The notes under the pieces are model-generated. The model was not told the DNA's origin. It saw only the letters and a program-made list of their open reading frames with translations, and searched no databases. A DNA stretch of 64,000 nucleotides, from the NCBI GenBank assembly GCA_951406725.2, contig OX597814.1, positions 102,052,001 to 102,116,000 on the forward strand, given 5' to 3'. The position numbers and the translations under genes were made by a program. Shown here piece by piece: positions 53,552 to 64,000 of this stretch. The stretch is from Octopus vulgaris (Eukaryota). The stretch's first letter is position 1. Every line of letters starts with the position of its first letter.

Positions 53552-54464
53552 GTAAGTAACCCCCATTAAAATTATAGCATCCACACGAACACACACACAC
53601 ACACACACACACACATATCTTCCTAATTTTCAAAGTACGATGGGTTGCTGAAAAATTCCTGGTTTTAAGGGTACCACGAAAGGCTTGGTTGGAGGCCTAA
53701 TCTTCCGAGTTCTTTTACAGAGCTTAGAAAAACTGAAGGATCGCAGCAATAAGTGTGTGAATCTGAGGGGAGAATATGTTGAATAAAATGATGCTTAACT
53801 CATCCACTTGTATTTTCTTTTAACCACAGCCAGGAACTTTTCAGCAGCCCCTCGTTCAAAGCAATTATTAGCATTATTTGTATTATTAACACATATCACA
53901 TTCAACACATGTTTTGAGTACTAACTATAATATATATTCCTTTCTTTAGCATAATTAATTTGACATAAAACAAAAGAATTTAATGCATGGTTTAACTAAC
54001 TCGGTAATAATTAGAAACATTAACATCACTTAACATTTCCGTGGGTCCGTGTTTAAAAAAAGTTTTGGATCAAGAAGGATATGTAGAGGGATTAAAAGTG
54101 TAAAAGAGTAGCAGTTGTGTAAGGGTGAGTGTGAGTTACGAAAATGTCTGCTACGTCAAACTGTACTATCTACCTCATGTTCAATATACTCCATAATATT
54201 AAAAAGTATATATTATATATATACGTAGATGTGCGTACATGTATGTATGCATGTATGTATGTCATTATTCAGCGTATTTCAAGATTTCTTGCCTATAGAG
54301 AAAGAACCGGCTTCTAACCTAGATGCTTCATTGGAATTTCAAAGTCGACAACAAGGTATTTTTGATTGTATGTATGTATGCATGTATATATGAATGTATG
54401 TATGTATGTATGTATGTATGTATGTATGTATGTATGTATGTATGTATGTATGCATGTATGTATG

Positions 54465-54498
<34 letters not shown>

Positions 54499-55868
54499 CG
54501 TACGTACGTATGTATGCACGCATGCATATATGTATGTGTGTGTATGTATGTATTATGTATGTATGTTTGTATGTATGTATGTATGTATGTATGTATGTAT
54601 GTATGTATGTATGTATGTATGCATGTATGTATGCATGTATGTATGCACAGCTTTGTTTCATGCATGTATTCTCATGCATAATGAGAAACTGCTGAAAAGT
54701 TTTACACATTTCTATAGTTCCAGTGAGAGATTGGATCTGTAGTCTTCAAATTAGCATATATGTACGTACGTATGTATGCATGCATGCATATATGTATGTG
54801 TTTATGTATGTATGTATGTATGTATGTATGTATGTATGTATGTATGTATGTATGTATGTATGTATGTATGTATGTATGTATGTATGTATGTATATATGTA
54901 TGTATGTATGTATGTATGTTAATGCCAAGAGATACTTTAGGCAATAAACTCCGATATCCAACAACTAACATTATGTCCACTAATTTAAGTATTCCTGGTT
55001 TCAGATAAAAATAATAAAGTTTATACAAGTATTAAACTATTAGTGACATCTAACTTGGGTAGAATAGTTTTCTCTGACGCTTCTACTGTAAAGGGATAAT
55101 CTATTTGTTCAACATGATTTTGGCAGAATTCACTCAAATAGATTACTCTTGCATTGGTGTCATTTGAAATTGCTTAGGATATTCACTCTCGTATTACGCT
55201 ACAATACAACATGTCCTGTATCTAATATTGCCAAAATATCTGGACAGCTTAACATTCTTAAGCTGTAATTATGATATAAAACTTGTCTTTGAAGTCCTTA
55301 GTTGCTCTTTAACAGATTCCGAAATGCCACCAATATCGTAGGTTGATTCAGAATTTTGTTTTCTCCTGATTTCCGGCAGTTTCTACTAGTCATCATCTTT
55401 TACTAACGTGAAAATTGCAATTAATAGACTGTTTCCACAACACATTTTACATTTACAGTATGGAGTAACGGTCACCTACCAGGTTTCAATGGGAGTGGAA
55501 GTTAAAAAATTCAAGAATATGTCGAAATATTACATCTGAATATTTTCTATTGAACAATTGTTAAGAGTCTCTAAAACTTCGCACCTCATAGGAACTGGAA
55601 CAGTTCAAATTTAGGCATATATCTTTATGCGAACGGAATTACAAAATCTACTGCACAATAAAGTGCAGCAAGTTGAGTCGTAGAAGTTTAACAAAAATAT
55701 TTCTACATAATCAGCACACCGAGTACATCTGATAATATAAAATAATACTTGGGAAAATGAACATTAGGAAACTACAAATAGCAATATTTATTAGAAGTCC
55801 ATTTGAAGAATTAAGAGACTATTTCAATACAGAATTGTTCATTGATATTCTATTATGTTCTCTTGCAG

Positions 55869-56109
55869 ATATTTTGTGGAAAGTAAATGGTGTATGTTTG
55901 AATATAACTTAGCTAAAATGGAATATATTCATACCGAAAGAAATATAGTAATTATTGTGGTACTGGAGCAGGTACCACACAGACAGCTGCCATTACCAAT
56001 TCTTGAACAGATAAAGAATCAGAGTTACATTGAATTTCCAAAAGAAAATGAGATTGCTCAAGAAATGTTCTGGAAAAATCTAAAACATTCTATACAGCTA
56101 AAAGATTAA
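55869..56109 (+). CDS. Toll-like receptor copy 3, exon 2 (TIR C-terminal part)
   Basis: Acceptor TCTTGCAG ends at 55868; 241 nt to TAA; peptide identical to copy 1. Confidence 0.95.
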
Positions 56110-56569
56110 TGTATTTGAATTTGTTATAATTACAATTTACAGTCATCAAGAAAAGATGCTTATAATTTTAATAAGGTAGGCAATAAAATATTTTGAACTT
56201 TGGAATTGTTATTCTTGACTATTAAAATACTAGAATGGATATGAAAGTTAATTTGCACAAGAATTAGTAAAGATTACTTTAAGAGTGGATCGACAGATGT
56301 GAGTATCTTATTAAAATGCTCAAGTTAAACTACTATTTTATGAGCTAAAGCAAACTAGCTAATTTAATTAATTACTACAGATGTTGGATATCAATAATAA
56401 TGATGCAGTATATTGATATGTATTATACAATTTAATACAAATTTAATTAACGTAAAATCTTTGATCTATGTGTTGAATTTGGTGTCAGGAAGCGAGGAAA
56501 ACAATGCACATGCAGAACTAGTAATAAGATTTCCTGCAGGTGTAAATTTTGAATAAAAGAAACAAGATA

Positions 56570-56649
<80 letters not shown>

Positions 56650-58773
56650 AGTTAAAAATAGCGACATAAAATAATCGTTGCTTTGATGCATTTGTCCTTG
56701 ATTTTTCAACTGACTGGAAATGATCTTCTGCACCAAAACGTAAATTTGTCGAACTGACTGATATATTATAATAATGACCCAATAACCAGAGATGTGACAA
56801 AAAGCCTTGCGGGCAAAGGAGAAGTTATCTATTTACAACAGGAGCCGTGTTTGCAACGAATAATAATTAGCATATCCAATCTAAATTCGGTATGATGTTT
56901 AGAACGCCTTGAATTTCATGAAACGTACCAAGTAAGGACGGACTATATCGGCTGACCGAATGAGAGTCTGCAGCGGTGGATGGCATTATCATATTACGTG
57001 ATTTCACTGTTGATTGCGGATCATCAGTTATACCCAAACTCTTCTCTATATAAGTGTAGATTAAAATATATTCAGTGACATACTTAACGTGTTTAGCAAA
57101 CCCTTTACAATAGTTATTGTCACTGTACGAGTTCCCAGTGACAAGCGGGGAAAGGGCGGAAAGGAAGGTAAATAAATGCCTTCGAAGACAACAGGCCTGT
57201 ACATAAGATCCTTACACTACTTACTGTACAAAGAGATCAAAGAGGGTCACGAAAGTGATCAAAGAGGGTGCCGAAAGAGATCAAAGAGGGTGCCGAAAGA
57301 GACCAAAGAGGGTGCCGAGAGAGATCAAAGAAGGTGCCGAAAGATATCAAAGAGGATGCCGAAAGAGATCAAAGAGTTTCCCGAAAGAGACCAAAAAGGC
57401 TGCTGAAAGAGATCAAAGAGGCTGCCGAAAGAGATCAAAGAGGGTGCCAAGGGAGATGAAAGAAGGTGCCGAAAGATATCGAAGAGGATGCTGAAAGAGA
57501 TCAAAGAGTTCCCGAAAGAGACCAAAGAGGCTGCTGAAAGAGATCAAAGAGGCTGCCGAAAGAGATCAAAGCAGCTGCCGAAAGAGATCAAAGAGGAGTC
57601 CCGAAAGAGATCAAAGAGGTTGCCGAAAGAGATCAAAGAGGAGTCCCGTGTTGTGTAAGCGGGTGTGGCTACAATGATGTGCCGGTTACTTGATACAGGA
57701 AATTCTCGCAGGTTGAGCTTGCTGTTAACCATGGTGACGTATTCACAAACAGCGTGAAGTTAAACCACAGCGAAGTTGCTGTGTATGTAGAGATGTTGGC
57801 GTCGTTAAGATGGAGACAACGGAGATGGAGGCAACGTTAAGATAAAGGCGACGAAGGTGGAGCTCCGGAAATACTGCTGGTAGTGTGTGTCGCTGAACTG
57901 GCTGTCACTTGAACTGGCTGTGTCATTCTGTGGTCAGTGGTCTAGAACCAAAGACGCTCGCCTTGATGAATCGTGTTTTATAGCAAATTATAGGCTCAAA
58001 CGGAGCGTAAGAAAAACTGTGTCACAGGACCTTATCATAAGGCTGCGATTGGTTGTATTGCACATTGGCGCGTAATACAGCAAGAGACAAACTGCGCCAA
58101 TACCAATCAATTAGAGTAGTGGATGCAACAGGGTCCAAACGGCCGAAGGTTAGCTGTTATCTGCTACGTCTGTATTTATGTTATATATATAACAGAGAGA
58201 GAGAGAGAGAGAGAGAGAGAATTTCACCAAACGCCCGCTACAGTTGCATAAATCCGTAAGTAAAAATAAAAATGGATAGAATTATAGATAAATTTATGTA
58301 TATTTTTCAATGCATATATAAATATAAATACGTTCAAGTATTTATACATAAAGAAATACATAAAAATATCTGAAAAATAAAAATAAATGGACACTTCTAT
58401 TATCACATCTTGCACATATACCTACATATATTTACACGCTCGTACATAACAAATACATGTAAATATCTGTATAGAAACGCATGCAAAAAATTGTATGAAT
58501 ATATATTTGTGCAAGTAATATATTTCTACTTAGTTTCATACACAAAAATTTATTTATGTCTAAATATGCTTCAATGAAAATAAAAATACCAAAGCAGTAG
58601 TGAATAAATGCATAAATAAAAATGTATCTATTATTCGTAATTACTTTAATAAAAAAAACTGACACCCCTCAATCTATTCTGCAGTAATCAAGTAAGTTAA
58701 AGAGTGTCTATTGGTCATTTTTAAAAATAAGTAGCGTTTCGTTTATTAACGGTAATGTAATACGTAATAAAAA

Positions 58774-59003
58774 GGCGGCGAGCTGGCAGAAACGTTAGCA
58801 CGCCGGGCGAAATGCTTAGCGGTATTTCGCCTGTCGTTACGTTGTGAGTTCAAATTCCGCCGAGGTCGACTTTGCCTTTCATCTTTTCGTGGTCGATAAA
58901 TTAAGTACCAGTTGCGCACTGGGTCGATGTAATCTACTTAATACCTATGTCTGTCCTTGTTTGTCCTCTCTATGTTTTGCCCCTTGTGGGTAATAAAGAA
59001 ATA
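58774..59003 (+). mobile_element. tRNA-derived SINE with a ~20-bp target-site duplication
   Basis: Head GGCGGCGAGCTGGCAGAA..GAGTTCAAATTCC (B box); central GTCGACTTTGCCTTTCATC..GTCGATAAA..AGTACCAG resembles a conserved SINE central domain (Meta-like, from memory); TSD GGTAATGTAATAYGTAATAA at 58751-58770 and 59004-59023. Confidence 0.85.
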
Positions 59004-59082
59004 GGTAATGTAATATGTAATAAGTAAATAAAAGCGGGGTTGCTATGTTATGTGTATAAATAAGACAGCAAGGAAAAATTTC

Positions 59083-59812
59083 GGATCTTTTCCTTTTAAA
59101 CAGCACATGTCAACACAATTTCTAGTTAACTAAACACTTCAAAACTTCTTATACTGGTAGAATGTGTCAAAATAAAGCATTTTTTTCTCTTGGCTTTCTT
59201 GAGAAAATTGTAATTTGTTTGTTTAACGTAGTTTAATTTTTCGAATTTTAACCAATGAATCGCCTCTAGTGAGCTAAAATCATTTGCTGCGTCTAAAACT
59301 GAGACAACATCCTGTCACTAACACTAACCCTCACCCTAACCCTAACCCTAATTTTTTTTTTCTTAATTGTTAAATTAATTTAATTATTACACATGTCAAA
59401 AAAAACGAAAGTCTAAAACGAAAGCAATGGAAAATAATTTAAACAATTAACAAACAAAATAATTCTATAAATTTATACACACGCTTTCCGTATACGTACA
59501 CGCGTAACAATTAAATTAATTTAACAATTAAGAAAAAAAAAATTTAGGGTTAGGGTTACGGTGAGGGTTAGGGTTAGTGACAGGATGTTGTCTCAGTTTT
59601 AGACGCAGCAAATGATTTTAGCTCACTAGAGGCGATTCATTGGTTAAAATTCGAAAAATTAAACTACGTTAAACAAACATATTACAATTTTCTCAAGAAA
59701 GCCAAGAGAAAAAAAGGTTTTATTTTGACACATTCTACCAGTATACGAAGTTTTAAAGTATTTAGTTAACTAGAAATTGTGTTGACATGTGCCGTTCAAA
59801 AGGAAAAGATCC
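59083..59812. mobile_element. Palindromic non-autonomous DNA transposon, ~310-bp TIRs, 8-bp TSD
   Basis: Arms 59083-~59392 and ~59500-59812 are reverse complements starting GGATCTTTTCC; TSD AAAATTTC at 59075-59082 and 59813-59820. Confidence 0.92.
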
Positions 59813-60534
59813 AAAATTTCTTATATCAAAGAAAATAATTTATAGTTATTTTAAAAAATTAAGGGATAAAATGCTCATGTGTGCAATTTATAATATAATA
59901 AATAAATAAAGGAAGAAAGAAACAGAATAAAAGAAGAGAGTTAATATGTAATGTGCGTAAATAAGAGAGCAAGGAAAAATACGGAAGAAAAATGTTCTTT
60001 ATATATTTTTAGTTTTGACGATAACATGCTTGTGTATGCAAAAATATACTGGTTAAGGGGAGGTAAATATGGATAGTTAATTTATCTAGGGAATAATAGA
60101 AAATATACAGGAAAATTATTATAGATAAAAATATGTTTTGTTTTTAATATATAAAGGTTTGAAAAATAAATATATTAGTTTAATGAATAAATAAAGATAG
60201 CTGGGTGAATAATATAAGGTAAAATAATACACTGCGAGGAGGGCAAATATTCCTAGCTATCTATTAAATTAGTCTAGAATAGGGGAAATATTTACAAATT
60301 AGTATTAATTGTATTAATAATAAGTAATGGGGTAATATAAATTAGCAATATTTAATTAAATTAATAGTTACTACTATTAAGGAATTAAGTAAGAAAATAG
60401 GGAAATATATATAAGAGAGATATAATGTTTCAGTATAGGTATAAAAGTATTATTCAAAGTAATTTTTTAAAATGGTGATTTTTAGAAAATAAAGGTAAAT
60501 ATAAAACTATAATTAAAATATCAAAGTAGGGGAT

Positions 60535-60632
60535 TATAACAGAATATTGTATGGGCACTTAATGGGATTATAACAGAATATTGTATAGTAGCTTAATTTA
60601 TAACAGAATATTGTATAGTAGCTTAATTTATC
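60535..60632. repeat. Short tandem repeat, ~31-bp unit ATAACAGAATATTGTATAGTAGCTTAATTT, ~3 copies
   Basis: Direct reading. Confidence 0.8.
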
Positions 60633-60719
60633 AACAATGAGGTAAATAAAAGTGATAGCATGGTTAAGGGTTGATATGTGTAACGATAGTAGTGAGAAGG
60701 TAATTAAACACTTATTATC

Positions 60720-61165
60720 TATTTATTTATATTTCGAAAATACATATTTTCCCATGTGTAAACAAGATTTATTTCTTTCATCTCTAACGTTAAGTACAAG
60801 GAATTTTGCCAAGAGAATAAAAATATTTTCAGTTAAACAAAGAAAACATTTTTTATTATTAGCTTTATGAGAAGGTGCTGTAGCTATTATGACCCATTTA
60901 ATATTAAAATTTATATTATTTTGCTTTAGCTCCAAGATAAATTTGCTTGATCCAGTTGAGTTTTATGTATGCTTCTTTCTAAAAGTGTATGAGTGCGTAG
61001 AGATGGGTTCTTAATTTCATTTTCCGTAGTCCCAATATAAAAACATTTATTATCTAGAATTTTTATTGTGCATTGAAATATTACACTTCTTATTTTGCAT
61101 GCATTCTTCAATAAACAATTATTTCTAATCCTGCAGTCACAATTATTGTAGATATTATTAATTGT
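60720..61165 (-). mobile_element. Penelope-like GIY-YIG endonuclease fragment
   Basis: CDCRIRNNC..C..SVIFQC..FYIGTTE; IKWVII..CFLCLTENIFIL..LNVRDE..CLH. Confidence 0.8.
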
Positions 61166-61319
61166 ATGTGTATTTACATAGGTAAAAGATTCCTGTCTCT
61201 CCCAGACACTTTCCAGCAACTCGCAAATACAGGAAAATATTAAATAGGCGTTCTGTGAAATTATCATATAGCTGCTACACCAATATGAAGATTATTGTTA
61301 CACGAGGTCAATACCAAGC

Positions 61320-61745
61320 GCCTAAATCCAGTTGCAACTCAGGACCTTGTCTGCATGACCAATGATGTATGATTAAATTTATCATGTATGAGGCAGAAGT
61401 TATTGCAACCCTAAATAATAATACAACTGATAAGAAGACCTAGACTGGATTAGGTGAAGGGGAATTTAAAAATCGCTATGCCAATCACATAGCCCCCTTC
61501 CGACATAGGGACAAAAGTAAGGCTACTAAGTTGGTTAGCTACGTATGGACTTTGAAAGATAACGAAACACCACATGTAATTAAATGGAAAGTAACTGAGA
61601 AATCCATACCTAATGTGAATGAATCGAATAAATGTAGGCTTTATTTAGCTGAAAGAGCGCTGATCCTCTTCAGATCTAAGATTCCTAGCTATCTTTTAAA
61701 TTCTAGGTCAGAAACTTTTAGTGGTTGCAAGCATATGCATTGTAG
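61320..61745 (+). mobile_element. Second Penelope-like GIY-YIG fragment, divergent orientation
   Basis: IMYEAEV..GEFKNRYANH..F..ATKLVSYVWTLK..IKWKV..CRLYLAERALIL..LLNSRSE..CKH. Confidence 0.8.
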
Positions 61746-62814
61746 CAATAACCATTTTAGCCATTTTGAAATGTGGCGCGAATTGGCAATATGACGTAAT
61801 ATCGTATTGCCGAAGAATTATCATTTTCGTTTTTTTCATTGGTTAATATAACTGCTCATATAAAGATTCGAAAAGTTTCGAAAATAATATTTGTCATGGA
61901 TTTCGATTCTTTTTAAGTCAAGTTGAGCAGTTATAAAAACCCTGGATTTTGGAAAATATTTCAGTGTTCGTTGGATGTAACTCCACTCCACGACACTCAC
62001 TCTTTTGGAGACATCGGTAATTTTTATGCCATGTCTAAGTTAATCACAAATCTATTTTGATTTGATGGTTAATGTATTAGAGAGAAAGAAGAAATTAGTT
62101 AATGAATTTATAGTCGTTCTTCACGACAAAGTTATCTTTCCTACTGTAAATAATATAAAATGTTATATTTATATAATAAAAAATAATTAAAAAGAAAATG
62201 TTTCTCTTCACGTTTGTTTTTCAACTGAGCATAAATAAGTATGCATTTCTGTAATCCTTAACTTATGTTTTTCTTATAGCGGTTTAAAGGACACGATTAA
62301 AATATTCAACATACATGTCATTAATATAGCGTTTCATGCGTATATGTCTCTATGACGTTATAACTGTAGTTAGGGTTTAGGTATAATGATAAAACTTTAA
62401 TATAAGTGACGTTGAATCATTATATTCTCCCTTACTCAGAGAAAAGCCAAATAAAATAAAATAACCTAAGAGAAAGCTTAAGGATTAAACCGAAAAACCG
62501 ACATAGGAAAGTATAAATATATTTTGAAGAATTGGAAAATTACGTCTATTCCTAACTAACTTGATATCCTTCCAGCCTTATAATTTAAAGGCTTTCTTAC
62601 TTTTTTACTCTTTATTTTTTTTACATTTTTTACATTTTAGCTGTTTATTTTCGTTTTTCGTTTTTCGCCTTCCATATTTTACTTTTTGTGTTTTCTATTT
62701 TTCACATTTTTTCTATTCAATTTTTTTGGTTCCTTATATGTAGTTTGCACCCGAAGAATATGTACTTTGACACGTGTGAGAATAGAAGTTGTGCGGTATC
62801 CATGTCTGACAAGT

Positions 62815-63118
62815 AGAGTTTTCAAACGTTGCGGCAAGGAAGACGTATCGAAAACTACCAGGTGTCACCTCTTAAAGCAGATAGCCAGGAATGTTTCAAG
62901 CCCTCCTCTGAATGCTGTTCATGAGCAGAAGGGACAGAAATGGGCAGAAAAATATATGAAGATAGATTTTTCAACAATTCTGTTCACTGACGAATGCCGT
63001 GCACCCCTTGATGGACCAGGTGGCTGGAGTAAAGTTTGAGTATCAAACAGCAGGAACCGTCTACATCGTTTGAGTCGCCAACAGTGGAGAAATGGGGTCA
63101 TGTTTTGGGCTGGCATCA
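62815..63118 (+). mobile_element. Tc1-like transposase fragment
   Basis: VSKTTRC..PPLN..H..KWAEKYMKIDFSTILFTDECRAPLDGPGGW..RQQ..GVMFWAGI. Confidence 0.85.
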
Positions 63119-63153
63119 GAAGGCTGCGTGTTCGAATCACGTCGGGGTCACCA
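63115..63153 (+). pseudogene. 3' half of tRNA-Trp followed by CCA and a T5 run
   Basis: ATCAGAAGGCTGCGTGTTCGAATCACGTCGGGGTCA-CCA-GTTTTT: intact T arm; matches the 3' half of metazoan tRNA-Trp(CCA) as I recall it; 5' half absent. Confidence 0.75.
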
Positions 63154-64000
63154 GTTTTTATAGCGGTGTTTTTGTTTACTGTTAGTGTAACGCTACTTTT
63201 ATATGTCTCTTATTTGGAAATAGATAAATATATTTTACTTTTGCAGTAGGAATATATATTGATAAACCCGTCACTTATAACTTACTTATAAGTGTTATCA
63301 TTATACATAAATCCTGACTCCAGCTACATAAACGCCATAGTGAGAAATATATTCTCTGAAACGCTAATGGACATTTTATGCGTGCATGTATGTTGAAGAT
63401 AAATAAATTAGTGTTCTATTAACCGCTATAAAAAAATAGTTTCATAATTACAGTAAGAAATTTAATTAATAAGTCGAAGAACGTGAAGAAAGGGAAAACA
63501 ATTACTACATTAGTTTATTTATGTACATTTAGCATTTTTAATACAATTTGAAAGTAAAGTAATTTTGTCGTAGAGAATTACGGCTTAAAATTCACACTAA
63601 CTAATTCTTCATACTAACTATTATAGATCTCAACAATTCAAATAAGTCTTGTTGGATTTTTCATAGACATGGCATAAGAAATAGTCAATGTTTCAGAGGA
63701 GTGAGTGTCGTGGAGTTTAGTAACATTCCACAAACACTAAAGTTTTCCCCCAAATCCCCAACTTGACTTTAAAGAATTGAAATCACATAAAAATATTCTT
63801 TAACTAATTTTCAGAATTCCTATATGCGCAGTTATTTCAACCAATGGGAAAACGACAATCATATTTTTTCGACAATACGACATTACATCATATTGCCAGC
63901 TACCACAATTTGGCGCCACTATTTGAAAAGGCTGCACGCTATACATTCATATGCACGCATACACATCCAAGATATACACTTCTAGGTAAAAGTATATACA

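Larger units (their letters stand above)
30848..58169 (+). repeat. Tandem segmental duplication unit (~27.3 kb) containing TLR copy 3
   Basis: Collinear with 6679-30847 plus unit-specific indels; homology stops at 58169. Confidence 0.9.
61758..63935. repeat. Old inverted repeat pair, ~700-bp diverged arms (~61758-62470 and ~63205-63935)
   Basis: Blocks such as GGCAATATGACGTAAT/ATTACATCATATTGCC, CTCCACGACACTCACTC/GAGTGAGTGTCGTGGAG, TATGCCATGTCTA/TAGACATGGCATA and TCAACATACATG/CATGTATGTTGA are reverse complements in mirrored order. Confidence 0.8.

Noticed and set aside
63314-63323. CTGACTCCAG matching the tRNA-Trp anticodon arm, suggesting a split or permuted tRNA
   Set aside because: Only 10 nt, inside a repeat arm; no acceptor-stem or D-arm 5' half found

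Overview
Eukaryotic, AT-rich, microsatellite-dense genomic DNA; the SINE families suggest an octopus or other cephalopod (inference). The window is a head-to-tail tandem segmental array with unit lengths of about 24.2 kb and 27.3 kb, and homology ends at about 58169. It carries three intact two-exon Toll-like receptor genes (827 aa after splicing; LRRNT-LRRs-LRRCT-TM-TIR, one phase-2 intron inside the TIR). The three TLRs are nearly identical in TM/TIR but mosaic and locally hypervariable in the central LRRs. The spacers are nested decayed TEs: Tc1, mariner MITE, CR1-like, two RTE-like, R4/Dong-like RLE LINEs, tRNA-derived SINEs and Penelope-like elements. Notable non-coding observations are: two minimal type I hammerhead-like motifs; a GC-rich structured island carrying all hammerhead core motifs in a non-circularly permuted order; R4-like fragments repeatedly embedded in (CATA)n; a decayed TLR LRR relic upstream of the start codons of copies 2 and 3; a palindromic element with an 8-bp TSD and telomeric repeats; and an isolated 3' half of tRNA-Trp. 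Most short ORFs in the track are microsatellite artefacts.
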